From positions 806,001 to 870,000 of the forward strand of contig MU057521.1 in NCBI GenBank assembly GCA_013265495.1: DNA of 64,000 bases, read 5' to 3'. This document shows, piece by piece, positions 11,504-24,150 of the stretch. Under the pieces are notes generated by a model. That model searched no databases. It was not told the DNA's origin and saw only the letters and a program-made list of their open reading frames with translations. The stretch is from Vicugna vicugna. Lineage: Eukaryota. How positions within the stretch are numbered: the stretch's first letter is position 1; each line of letters begins with the position of its first letter. The position numbers were made by a program, and so were the translations under genes.

Positions 11504-14500
11504 CAAATCAGTCTCATACTTAGAGGCCCCCCAGATAATCCCAAATGCAGCTCAGGCTCTCCTTACATATAACCACTTGACCTGCCTATTTTGGTTACAC
11601 GACCAAAATTCCCAGTGCTCCTACTCTTGCTCTGGTGGAGTCCTCTCCTTCTCCTATTTCTTGTCTCTTTCTGGTCCCTCCCCACCCACCCTTCATCCAT
11701 TCTAAATGCAAGAGAAAAGAAAGTCTCTGTCTCACTTAGTAGAGAATGCGGATAGCAGAACCAGGACAGGAGAAAGCAGAGCAAGTTGCCCTCAGGATGC
11801 TCATGAGCCCAGAGGGGATGTCATTAGTAGTTAAGAGGTTGCTGGTAAATGTTCTGGCACTTCAGTGAAATTTTGGCAGGTTCACTACATCAGTTAATAT
11901 ATTAAGTGCTGTGTTTTATCATGTTAGTAAAGAGGAGTGCCATTTAGATCTTGCCAGGAACTCTTCTAAGAGAACTGAGTTTTTAGATTTTTGGAAAAAA
12001 ATTCTCCCAAATTTCCAGCCCCCCCGCCAAATAAATAAATAAATAAATAAAATTAAAGAAAACAGAACTGCCCAGCTATCTGACTTTTTGGTCTCTATTT
12101 ACACCTCCTGATTTTATAAGTTTGTAAGTAGGAGTCAAGAGTTAACATCTTAGATCAGTGTCTGGCTCGTATTAGCAACTGATTAAGTGTTAGATATTAT
12201 GATTATGATTATGATTATTAGAATTACTTTCTCTGATCATTCTGAATTAGTTACATAAATTACCTCCTTCTCTTTAAAAAAGCCTTCAGAAAATCAGAAA
12301 GAAATGCACAAAGGTCTAACTGGGCTTTGCAGTTCCTAGGAATTGCTTCCTGCCTCAAATACAACTTCTTACATACGCATATGCATTAAAATGAGATTTT
12401 ATTTCCTTCTTCTCGTATCCACCAGTACATCTGTTGCTCTGCCAGAAGTACTTACTATGAAATGGAATGACCTTGATCATGGATCATTCCAGATTTATCC
12501 AAGCAACATGTCTTGCCCACAGGCAGATTCAAAGGACAGATTCCAGATGCAAAGATAAATATGATGGAGATCTAGATTTGCCCAAAAATTCTAGTGGGAA
12601 TTCTTAATAAAGAATGTCCTCCTCTTGCTGCGTCCAGGAACAAGAGTCACTGGGATATATGAAAACTCAAGTAGCCTGGCCTCATATCTTGGACCTGACC
12701 TCACACCTGATCATGCTTTCCCAACGCTTTGCAGTCCACCCTCCACCTTCTCCTTGCCCTCATTTTTTCAGGATCTTTCCTCTCTCCACACACTCCACTC
12801 CACAGGAACCCTAACTTTCACCTGTGGCCCCACAGTAGGGTTCTCTGTGCCTTGCCCATTTTCCTCTAAATAGAAGGAGTCTTGGGAAAAAAGAAACCTA
12901 AATGGACAGAGCTACAAACTTGCGATTCATTTTTGAAAACTGTACATGCATTTGTATGTGTAAAATCAAAGCAGGGAATAGTCACAAAGAATGATCTTTA
13001 AAGCAAATTGCAGCATCTTCTATCTCTCAAATCAATTTATAAATGATAAAGAAATACATTAACTTGTGTTTTTCATCCCTTACTCGCTTGGGTATCTAAC
13101 AGCCAGCAAATGTCTAACGTGGAATTTTAATGTACACAGACCATTTCATGTTATTAAGGGGACTAAAATTTATATGCAAAGGTGAGCATCTCAGCAGTCA
13201 GCTCTTTTGCAGTCTTATATTCAATCGCAGCCTCCTTCTCCTCTGAGACTCTGATAAAGGCCAGCACTCCATCCTGGAAACGTAATGTCAGCTCATGATC
13301 TATCGAGCAACTATCGCTGCACTTCCAGAGCACATCAGTGGGAGCAGTTCTTTGTATTTCCAAGAAATCAGATTCATCTGAGAAATCTTCACAGCTATTT
13401 TCTCATCTAAAAACAAGGAAAATAAATCCTGAGTGGAGAAGTGACCACTATCTTCCAGTCTGCATCATCCACTTTATATTGCTATATACTTACTCAAGCA
13501 TGACTATCACAAACACTGTTTCCAGTTGTTTACTGGCCATAACTTTAATGGGGGGGAAATTAATTCTGATAGGAGTCACAGAAACAATCAATCACTGATC
13601 TAGCCATTTCACTACTTCAAGACAGAGCAACATCTAAAACTCACTCCATAACTTGCTAATGTAAAGTATTTGCAGTACTCGATACCCACTAAGATGTTAG
13701 AAGTGTATCTGGCTTGAATAAGCCCTTCTCTGTCCCAGTATCTAAGTCTCTTTTCTGAAAATACTAGTTATTTATTAATGGAGTAAGCTGAGTAAGCTTT
13801 CCTTAAGTCTAATTTAAATAAAGCAGAAGATAAATGAACTATGTCCTTGGATTTTATGCCATGTTGAATAAATAACCATGTGCAAACCTTCAGGAACACA
13901 GTTAAATATGAGAATGAATACACATTCCCCCAAAAGACTCATGGTTGTCCTTGACAATCATCTCAAAAGATTAAGAGCACATAGCAAGTCCCAAGACTCA
14001 CTTGTCTGCAATAACTCAGCTCAGTAAACCTTTATCAATCATTTACCATGTACAAGTGACTGGGCTTGTCATCTCAGCGGGCATAAAGATGAATAAGACA
14101 TGGTACCTGCACCAGAAGAACTTATTCATTTCTCATCCATTAAGGTATGGACACCTTTCTTAGTTCTCAACTTTTCTGTTCCCAATAAGACTTGTGTTAG
14201 ACAGAATCAAAGCATGCCCTGCCCCCGTGGCATAAGTTAAATCTATAGTCAAAACACCCAGTGCTAAAATAGAGGAGGAGAAAAATATAAACAATTTTTC
14301 CTAGAAAATCAATCTGTGTTGATTGAAATTTCTTTTCTCAGAGTAGTTTTATCTCAAAAAATTCTTAGATGAATCTGCAAATATCTGTTCTCATAATTTT
14401 GCTTCTGCTGCGCTAAGACCCATAGGGAAAATCCTACGCTTTCTTACATGTAGCAGGGACTCCAGCTTCCTTCTCCTTAGCAAAGCACAAAACCAGCGAA

Positions 14501-14859
14501 ATAAGGCTGTTGATAGAAGGGACTCCATCATGTCTGTGCAATTTGGAGAGTTTCTCTTAAGCCGAAATTATAAGCACAGACAAAACACTGAATGGGTCCT
14601 GCCCAGAGACAACCAATCCGAATAAGCCCTAAGGAGATATAGTGTTTGAATTCAGTTCAGCAGTTTGAGATAAAGAAATGCCACCCATGTCAGGAGAGGT
14701 GGAGTTAAAACAAGCAGCAACCTTTTCTCTGATAACCGGGAGTCTTTGCCCATCCCAGCCAATTAGTCGGCCTAATGCATTGTCATTTGAGAAAATGCTT
14801 TAGCCTGAGTCTAGACTTGCTGGAGATTACACAAATCCTAGCAAAGTTTTTGATGTATG

Positions 14860-15865
14860 TGTTGGGAGGAATAATTTCCTTATATCTTTCTTAGTTATCA
14901 GCTGGGGTCCCTATAACAAAGGACAGATTAACAAGAGAAAAACAAACAGAAGTTTAATAACATGTATAACTCATGTATGCATAGGAGAAATCTAGAGAAA
15001 AATAAGTAACTCAAAGAGATGACTTAGAACTCCAACTGAAATACCATCTTCAGCTAAAGGCAAAAGAAGAAAGGTGTGAGGAGGGGCAGTTCAGTTATGG
15101 GGAGGCTACTAGGAGAAGCAACGTTTGTCATTCAGATTTAAATCAATGCCTTTTCCATTGATAAGATTCTCTTAAGATTTAGAACCATCCTTCTTTTCCT
15201 AGTACAGACATCCCTAAAAGTGGAGATTTCCTCTCTAAAAGTAAATGTCGCTTACAAGAGAGTAACTTCTACTGTGTTTTCAGGGTTTGTTGTTGTTGTT
15301 GTTGTTGTTAATTACCAGCCAACCTGTATTTGGGAAGTGAAAGTAACTGAAACAGTGCTTCATAAGTCACGTCATACAAGGCCTGAGGTTCCAACATGTG
15401 CAAGGACGCTGGCCCAGTCCTACCCTCCCACTCAGTCACCTTATTAAAATGTCCTCCTGGTGTCCACAAAATGGTGGTAACATCTCAGCCAATTTTATTT
15501 TCACCTGGGCAGGATGACTGACAGCATTGATACTTCATAAATCAGGCAGCCCTGAAATTCCAGGCCTTTGTTCTACGTACTGTTCTCTCCAGTGAGTGAT
15601 CCCAGCTTGTGTTTGATTTACATGCACAAGAACAGGTTGTTAAACACCCACATTCCTGCCGCGTTTCACTCCCAGCTTGGGCAGCAAGCCTTCTGCTCCA
15701 CCCATCAGGACAGGCTTTCTTGTCCTTCCTCATTGCTCTCAAACACAACAGTAAGCTCTGTGTTTTCAGAACTTTTCGTGTTTGCTATTTCTCAAAATAA
15801 TCAGCTCAAAATACTTCTTATGCCAAAGATGGATCTTTTGGGGTGGCATCCTTTGCTACCCTTCA
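14860..15865 (-). mobile_element. ERV1 solo LTR, MER34/MER39-like (copy E), split by an insertion at 15284-15757
   Basis: TG...CA termini, TSD tatg/gatg; both halves are colinear with copy B. Confidence 0.85.
15284..15757 (-). other. Putative retroposed non-repeat sequence (truncated retrocopy or orphan 3' transduction)
   Basis: Flanked by the 12-bp direct repeat ctgtgttttcag (15272-15283 and 15758-15769), with a (GTT)n tract at one end consistent with a decayed poly(A) on the minus strand. Confidence 0.65.
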
Positions 15866-16214
15866 GATGGTAATTTCTGTGCTCCCTTTGAGATCCCTGA
15901 ATGAGTTCAGTCTAGATTAGAAGAAAGGGTGGTCCTGCTCACATAAACTAAGAGCTCCCCTCAGGTGGAGAAGATTAATGACAAACTTCCGGATTGAGTT
16001 CTTGGGGTACCTGCGGCTCACAAATTTGAGAAAGCCCTGTACCGTTCCTTCTGCTCATGTTTGTCCTAACATCCTTGGCCTCCTTCCTGCCTCATACACC
16101 TGTCTCCTCAACCCAAATTTAAAGAAGCACTGAAGACTCCCATTTGAAAGGATGCCCCTTTGAAATGGGCCATTATTAGTGCAAAGATCAGCTTTCTCCC
16201 ATAGGGATTTCCCA

Positions 16215-16332
16215 TATATCAAATCATCACTTTGTCCACTTTATGTGGACAATGTAAGACAAATGTAAGACTATGTAAGACAAATGTCTTACGATTTTAT
16301 TTGTCAATTCTACCTCAATAAAGCTGAGAAAA
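16215..16332 (+). mobile_element. Short L1 3'-terminal fragment
   Basis: 'atcaaatcatca...attttatttgtcaattctacctcaataaagctg' is the typical L1M end. Confidence 0.75.
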
Positions 16333-17224
16333 TACCAACATAGTTTATTTCAAATTGTAGTTGAGTTAAAGATCTGAGTCCATTAAAGTAATAAGTAAAC
16401 AATACTTCATTCGTTATACGAATATTTTAAAAGATGTTATCCAAAATAGTACATTAAGATTAATGCATTAAAACATTTAGGGAACTGGGTAGAGAAGACA
16501 GAGAAGTTAGCAGTTTCAAAATGATCAAAGTTCTACTGGCAAGGCTAGCATGCTCCCAATTTTCTAGGTTATTTGACCTGGAATCTCTTTTTTAATATGA
16601 AAAATGGTGGACATGAACTCTTTTCTGCTTTCAGCTCAGCTTTTCCCAGTGTGCAATTCAACCATATGCAACATTTCATGAAACAAATCAGTTTGAGTAT
16701 TTCTCAACAATGAAAACAATAAAGGGAAGAGCCATGAAACTAAGAAAATCAGTTGCTGTAAGTATATTTGTATAAGTGACCCATGATACTTAATCCATAG
16801 GAACGCATTCAGAAATATTCAGAACTTGAAGTGACCTTGAAGTTTTTGTTGCATCCATTTCAGTTGAAAATACCAAAGCTCAGAGAGATTAAACCACACT
16901 CACCCATGTCTCCAGTACATGGTAGAAACCTTAATAAAAATTCATTTAATTAAACAATCAACTAATTAAAATAAAATCATTTTCCTAACATGACTGCTAC
17001 AACCTGTTTATAATGAGAATAACTGCCAATATCACAGATTTTCTTTTGCTCAAATGAGTTAATTATGACTTGCTTGGAAGAAAGTCCTGCTCACGGGAAA
17101 GTCTGAACACATATAAGAGCTGATGATATTGACAATGGTCAAAATGATGACAACTCCGAGGAACAATCCCGCCACACAGAAATCCCCCAGTTCGTATGCT
17201 GTATCACTCTGCCTGCTAGTGAAT

Positions 17225-17420
17225 TAGTCAATGGCCACAAATTCCTTCTAGCCCAGTATGCACACCGCTTTGCAATAGAGCATTGCTGGCTTCCTATCCA
17301 GCACGCAGAATGAATTGTGATTATCTCTTGATCAACTAAATGTGATAGAGCTGATGCTGCATGAGTTCTGGAGTCTAGGCTCTAAAAGACCCTCTTGGAG
17401 CCTCCACATTTAAAAAGAAG
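17225..17420 (+). mobile_element. Old MaLR LTR fragment (MLT1F/G-like)
   Basis: 'aatggccacaaattcctt...ctttgcaat...tgagttctggagtctaggc'. Confidence 0.55.
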
Positions 17421-18171
17421 TCGGGGACACCCCTTTGTGATTTTACCCCTTTTTGAAAATTATTCTTAAGAGTCTAGAGTAAGAACCTACGTGGGTCCTT
17501 CCCTGTGATCCAACCACAGGCACTTGAAACTTGGTAGAAAGGAAGGTGTAGATGAGAATCAATGCCCACACTGCTCAAGGCATATTAGCATAATAACAGA
17601 GGCTTCACTCCAGAGGGCCAGGCTCTTTTCCTTTCTTCCCCAGGACTCCCCCAAGGTGAAACCGTATTACCCAGGGATGGTGTTTTAATTCACACCTAAG
17701 TGACTAGACCGCAAGCTGGAGCCTGGGTTCATTTGCAAGTAAATAAAATTAAGCTTTCCTTTTCTAACAGTCCTTAAGGTCAGTGACAATAAGGAGCTAC
17801 TGGCAAATTTTCATAACCAAAGGGCAAAGTTTGGCTTTGAATGCTAAGTAAGACTTTTTAAGATAAAAATCAAAGCCCTGGCTGGCTTCCTATAGAATAT
17901 AATTCCCCCGCCCTTTTTCCTCTGCCTGCCCTCTCTCTATTGAAAGACACAGTATTCTTTGTATATTCATCAAAATATATTTGATACCAAAACAAACTGA
18001 AGCTCTATCAGGAATCTTAGCCTGTTGGAACTACCTGGGGGTTCCTGGGTCTTTTGTTTTGCTGAAGCTCAGCAACTCAGAGATGATACAAAAGGTAAAT
18101 AAAGAACCGGGATCTACAATTAGTAGTTCTAGATTCGTTACTTTTTTTTCCTATTACATACTGACACCAGG

Positions 18172-18400
18172 ACAGTGGTCTCTAAAGTAGAGTGTAGGAA
18201 GCAATTATTCAAATTGCTTCATTATTTTTCTTTATTTTTAACTTAAAATTATTTGATTTTTGTTTCATTTATTTTTTTTAACATTTTATGTGTATTTCAC
18301 AACATTATATAGCAGGACTATAGTATATGTATAGAACTTATAAATGAACAAATAAATAAATGTCAGGGTTGTGTGCTCAAAAAAAATGTATAATAAGGAT
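18172..18400. mobile_element. Probable hAT-Charlie DNA transposon fragment
   Basis: 'cagtggtctctaaagt' terminus and the 'tataaatgaacaaataaata...gtgtgctcaaaaa' motif. Confidence 0.45.
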
Positions 18401-18652
18401 GACCAATCAAAGTAATTTAGATGCCTTTGCTTTTCGTTGATGTTGAACTTTAACTAAGCCGAGTGTTTCCTGAAAGCAGGAATGGTAGAGAACTTCTCCC
18501 ACTGTTTTATTTTCCCAGAAAATGCAAAAGACCACCAAGGTAAGACCCACCTCTGCCCTTCTCAGGACCGACTGGAAAGAATTAGAAAAATTAGAACCAG
18601 CAAAGGCTTGTTGTGAGATGATCAGAGCTGGTTGGTCCTTAGAATTATTTGT

Positions 18653-19076
18653 TGTTATGGACACAGTGGGTTCCCCCCAAATTCATACATTAAAGCCCTG
18701 ATCGTCAGTGTGTCTATACTTGGAGATAGGGACTTTGGGGAGGTAATCAAGGAAATATGACGTTGTAGAGGTGGGGCCCTAATCCTATAGGACTGGTGTC
18801 CCTATAAGAAGAGACACCATTAAAAAAAAAAAAAAGGACACCAGAGATCTCTCTTCTTGCCCCCACCCCACGTGAAAACACAGAGGAAAGGCCATGTGAG
18901 CCCACAGTGAGAAGGTGGCCATCTGCAAGGCAGGAAGAGAAGCTTCACCAGAAACCAACCCTAAGGGCACCCTGATGGTAGACTTCTAGCCTTCAAAACC
19001 ATGAGACAATGAGCTTCTGCTGTTTAAGCCACCTAGTCTATGGTGTTTTGTCATGGAAACCCAATGGACTAAGACC
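18653..19076 (+). mobile_element. MaLR LTR (MLT1A/B-like)
   Basis: 'tgttatggac...ccccaaattcat...gagaaggtggccatctgcaagg...gtttaagccacctagtctatgg...gactaagac'. Confidence 0.9.
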
Positions 19077-19189
19077 ACCCAATGCTTAGTACAGATGTAT
19101 GCTATAGGAATTAAGAGGGAGGTCAAGGAAGACTGGATGAAGTGGGGTCTGAAGGATGGATGTTGAGACAAGATAGTTGGAGATGGTAA

Positions 19190-19440
19190 CAAATGCGTGT
19201 TGGCTGGAAAAGTCTATGATCAAAGTGCCAGCATGGTCGTGTTCTGGTAATAGCACACTTCCTGGTTCAGAGCCAGTGCCTCCTCCTGTGTCCTCACAGG
19301 GCGGAAGGGGGTGGGATCCCTCTGGAGCCTCATTTATTCCCATACACGAGGGCTCCACCCTCATGACTTAAGCACTTCCCAAAGGCCCCCCTCATCTTTG
19401 AGGGTTAGAATTTCAACGTATGAATTTCGAGAAGACACAA
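19190..19440 (-). mobile_element. MaLR LTR fragment (MLT1A/MST-like)
   Basis: 'gatcaaagtgccagcatgg...gagggctccaccctcatgact...tttcaacgtatgaattt'. Confidence 0.8.
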
Positions 19441-21014
19441 GGCCTTTTCATTGGCCTCATGATGCCAAATAGAATCACTGCAAACTATGGGGAAAGTATC
19501 CACAAATGGCTCAGAGAAGCATTCTTAGGCAAACGACTACACTGCCCTGAGTTTGGGGAAGGGCTGGGCATCTGGGTGCCAAGAACTGTGAGGAGGCAGA
19601 GGTATAGGAGAAAGGGGGTGACTCCCAGACACGGTCAGTCATCTCCAAACCTAGTCTCCCTCCTCCAGTAACCTCATTTTCAAGGATGGTGTGATGTCCA
19701 TTTTAACAGCACTCAGGACATTAATCTGGTCCTCCTTTCTTACACCCCTTTTGTTCCTAATATTCATAACATCTCACGCTTTGGATCAAATTTTCCTTTG
19801 TTCCCTAAAGAAATTTTCTATTACCAGTATAAAATATCAGGCTAGAGGCGAGGGCCCATGAGGTCTAAGTACCTGCAGTTCTAGAAAGATGGTGATACAA
19901 GCAACTGATATCTACAGTGAGAACCAGATGCCCCACCCAGGACCCCTCTTGGCAGGATCACACCTAAGTCACCTGATCATGCTGAAATCTTATTAATCTT
20001 TTTATCCTTAGGAAGGGCACATTCACTCTTGGGCTGGAAGGAACTTTATGGGCTTGGGTTTGCAAAGTCAATCAGAAAGGGCTATGAGTTTCCCCCCAGC
20101 ACACCCTCTTACCCAGGTAAGATTTTAAGATTTGCATGCGGTTTTCAATCTCAGGAGCCTGGCTCTTCACAGTCATTGTTAAGTGGACTAAAAGTACTAC
20201 CTCGTAGGACCAACATGTTTTATGTTGAATTTTGAGCTCCCAAAATGGAGATTGGTGAACGGATGCTGGAATTGCTTAAGACAGTCTCAAGGATTACCAC
20301 TCCCGGTTTGCAAAAGACATGCAGTAGCAAACCTCCACCTGGTTTATCCCGTCTCCCTTCAATCCCCTGCTTGGAAATGTGTTGCAAAAGAGCCCTTGCT
20401 GAAGCCAGGCTGCCACATGCTGCTGTCTCTGTGGTTGCCGTGACCTTAGTTACTATTGCCTCTTATTCAAAAACACTAATCGAGTCACAGTCCCACTGCA
20501 AATGTGACTTAACTTGCTGTTTTAGTGCTTGCTCAGGAATTGCAAATAAAAAATAATGGCACTTGTAATTAACTCAGAACCAGCTATATAACCTGTCCCT
20601 CAGTCTGTGACGGGTAAAAGTTCAATTAAAAAGTAAAGTTATTAACAGAGTAAGGTTTGGTTACACATCTGTCATACAGAGTGTGACAGGATACAAAAAT
20701 TACTTCATGCCACCAGGGAGGGAATCACTAGGGCCCTGTGGTAACTTTACTTTAGGGCTTTCAAGGATCAATAACTCCATATATAAAGCAATTAAAATTA
20801 CTCTATATATACAGTCATATGATTAGTCACTGGCTTAAAAAATCTAAATAGAAGTATTTATCCTAGAGTCATGAAGTGTAGAATAGCAGTAAACTACAAA
20901 ACTAAAAGAAAAGAGAATCATGAAGCAATGCTAAAAAGAACATGAGAAACTTACAGAGATGTCTGCAAACTACCCAAAAAGTTAGTTATTAGAAACCTTC
21001 AAAAAGATGTCTGA

Positions 21015-21560
21015 CAGAATGAGGTTCAGCTCACATCCGCTAGGATGGCTATCATCAAAATAAGGGGCAATATCAGATATTCACAAGGATGTAGAGAATC
21101 TAGAAAACCTCATATACTGCGAGTGGAAAAGCAAAATTGAACAGCCACTTGGAAAACAGTTTAGTGGTTCCTAAAAAGTTAAACATAGACTAACCAAATG
21201 ACCTAGCATTTCTACTTATAGGTATGTACTTATCAGGATTAAAAACATGTCCACACAAAAACTTGTACACAAATGTTCACAGCAGCATTATTCAGAATAA
21301 CCAAAAAAATGAAAACATGAATGTCCATCGATTGATAGATGGAGAAACAAAATATGGCACATCCATGCCATGGAATATTATACAGCTATAAAAAGGAATG
21401 AAGCACAGATATCTGCTATAACATGAATCTTGAAAACATTATAAATGAAAGAAACCAGACACAAAAGGCCATACATCATATGATCCCATTTAGATGAAAA
21501 AACTAGAATAGGCAAATCTGCAGAGACAGATTAGTGGTTGCCAGGGGCTGGGAAATGAGG
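21015..21560 (+). mobile_element. L1 (L1MB-like) ORF2 end and 3' UTR fragment
   Basis: 'taggatggctatcatcaaaa...acttgtacacaaatgttcacagcagcattattc...gattagtggttgccagggg'. Confidence 0.9.
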
Positions 21561-21561
21561 G

Positions 21562-21855
21562 TATAGGGAGGAAGTCTTTTTCATTGGCAAGGTCCACAAA
21601 TCATAGTGATGGATTAACAAGAGAAAAAAAAATTAAGTATGTATTTATTCACAGGAGTCTCACACACACAAAAAAAACCCCAAAAAACAACAACAAAAAA
21701 AACTCAAGGCGGCAACCAGCTGATTGGGGCTTATATATCAACTTAGGCTTAGTAGAAGAAAAGGAGTTTAGTTTTAGCCAGTTAAGAGGGGGCAGTAAAG
21801 AGCTTCTCCTACTAGTTCTCAGTTGTCTTTGAGGCAAAATAATCTTAATGCCAAA
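21562..21855 (-). mobile_element. ERV1 LTR, MER34/MER39-like, degraded (copy F)
   Basis: Family motifs 'gattaacaagagaaaa' and 'ttctcagttgtctttgaggcaaaataatcttaatgccaaa'. Confidence 0.6.
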
Positions 21856-22046
21856 CAGTCCTGTCACTGATTGGCCCATTCTTCTGTCAGTCCAATGGCC
21901 CCCTTACCAGAGCATCTCTCTTTAGTGGAGACAACTACTGCCTTCAGGGAGGGGGGGATGCTAGCAAAGAAAATAATTGAGACAATAAAGACACAAGCAA
22001 TTTAGAGTGAAGACAGAAACATCAATACAGGCAGGGTTCTTGATGT

Positions 22047-22523
22047 TAAAGAGGTTCAGAATAAGCTTCCTCAAAACGTGTCACTTTTGCATGAGGATCG
22101 TTTTGAGCTAAAGGCAACTGAGACCCTGTGGTTTCAGTAAAAAATCTGCTCCTCCCTTAACTATCTGGAGGAACATAAATTGGGGGTCTTTCCCACAAGG
22201 AGATTTATTACCGGAGATAAATTTTAACTGAGTGGCCCATCAGTATGGCAGGGTAAACATCTAATTACCCAACATCTGCTCTGCTTTTCATCCTATAAAT
22301 TACCCTCCCATTCTTGGAAGTCCCAGGCCCCCATCCCATTCCTTAGCTCGGATGGCGTATGTACCTCCTCTTAACTTTGTCTTTGAACCTCTTATGTATG
22401 TGAGATTCTGGTACATACAAAATTAAATTTGGTTGTTTTTTTAAAGCTGTTTCACATTGATTTGATTATTAGAGCAGCCATGAGAACATCTGAAGGGTAG
22501 AGAAACGTTCTTCCTCCCCTACA
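22047..22523 (+). mobile_element. ERV1 solo LTR, MER34/MER39-like (copy G)
   Basis: Family 5' motif 'ggatcgttttgagctaaaggcaactgaga', ends 'ttcctcccctaca'; perfect TSD atgt/atgt. Confidence 0.85.
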
Positions 22524-23959
22524 ATGTACCTGCCTCGGTGTATGTATTGTGTCAGGACTGTAAACTTTAACCTGCACATTGGGAAAATGTAATTTTTTTC
22601 TTTTTTTCATAAGTAATCTGGACTCCCTCCCATGATTTTTACGACTTAAGAAATTTTAATTAAAGGTCCAAACCTGCTTAAAACTAAGTCCAATCTAATA
22701 ACGTCAACAATACTTTACAACATGTCCAGTAAGTCTTGAATAAAAGGGTTCAGCTCTCAGATGGCTTCACCTTCCCCCAGCTTCTCCCCTGCAGACGATC
22801 CCTGGATGTTTAGGGGAGAAACATGTGACTGTTTGCTCTGGCATCATTCTCGGGTGAATTCGTCAGCTAGTGTAAGTTATGATCTGGTCTTCCCTGGTTT
22901 GGGCACTGCTCTGGAGGTACACACTGGCTCACCACCATCCCCCAAACTTTTCAACCCTCACTGCTATACACCCTTGGGCCTCTGGCCAGCTGGCTATCCT
23001 GGCGGTCCTCTGCTCTTACAGACCTCCACCAATTCCAGCCTCAGCTCTCATGTCCCTGTACCCTCCCACTGCGGGCCTAGGGAAGGTCCCATGGCTCTCA
23101 GCTCAGCCTCCTGCAACATGAGATCCCAAAAGCCAGGGCCTCCCATGCTAGAGCAATGGGCACAGCTGTCTCCCAGGTGAGCTGAGAATGTCTCAGAATT
23201 GATCCCGAGATATTTTCAGAGTCCTAATAAGCATCTTGGTTTGTCAGAGCCCCTCCTCTGCTCTTGGCTTTTCTCTTTCCTTACTGGAGCCAAAAGAGGT
23301 AAAAACCTGGGTATACACAGCATACTCCGGTCTCCTACCTCCCTCCACAGGCCCATTGGGCTGTAATCCCCTGGGGCCGGAAGAATCAGGCTTTCCTCCC
23401 TTCCATCATCTGGCAATACGTCTCAGTTTGCACTATCAATTCGTATCTCTGCTCTTCAGCAGGAGAACTATATGGGCTGGGTTAGCCAGAGTTGGCCTTA
23501 CCCTGTTAAAGGAAAAAAATGAGTGGGAAGCGGAATGAATTGGAAAAATCTTTTCTTAATTCTCCTCTGCATGTCAGAGGCTGAACACTATCTCCTATTT
23601 CCCAGCCTTCACATCATCATATGACAGACCTCCCAGTCCACATGCGCTCCCTCCTTGGGCCCAAGGCAAATGGATGCTTGGGGTGAACTAGGTGACAGTC
23701 TGGTACTCAAAAAGGCAAAAGAGGAATAGACATTACTGTTTTTCAAAACATTGCCCTCTGCCATACATGTACATCCTATCTGATGGGGGCTTTAGTAGTT
23801 AAAGATTATTAAGGAACTCTGGAATAGTTTTGAGTAGTCAAAAAATACCAAAATGTATTACTTTTTTAGATTTAAAGTGCATTTCATTGTGCTAACAGTA
23901 GATGCTCTTATACTCCAAGGAAATACAGGTGCATATAAATGGGAGACACATAAGGGTTC

Positions 23960-24150
23960 ATAATAGTGCCCTGGAGCCAGACAGCCTGAATTCAAATCCT
24001 GACTCTGCCACAGACCTTGGGCAAGTTGCCTATCTTGTGCCTTCATTTTCTCGTTTGTAAAATGGGGGTGATAATTCATAAAGTGTTTATGATAAATACG
24101 TAAAATAACACATATACTTAGAATAGTTCCTAGCATATAGTAAAAAATGT
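23960..24150 (+). mobile_element. MIR SINE
   Basis: 'ctggagccagacagcctgaattcaaatcctgactctgccac..gaccttgggcaagtt...tgtaaaatgggg'. Confidence 0.85.

Noticed and set aside
13163..13363. 66-aa protein-like ORF (EIQRTAPTDVLW...AYKF)
   Set aside because: It starts at TTG, has an in-frame TGA immediately after the nearby acceptor, and resembles no protein I recognise.
16253..16292. CRISPR-like or functional repeat array
   Set aside because: The units are 8 bp with 2-3 bp spacers in a mammalian L1 tail, and there are no cas genes.
17584..17597. Oct-Sox composite-like motif ATTAGCATAATAAC
   Set aside because: The Sox half is mismatched and it is a single isolated hit.
22795..22871. 77-nt plus-strand exon-like segment (cctgcag|...|gtaagt)
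   Set aside because: No partner exons or recognisable peptide; it cannot be distinguished from a pseudo-exon.
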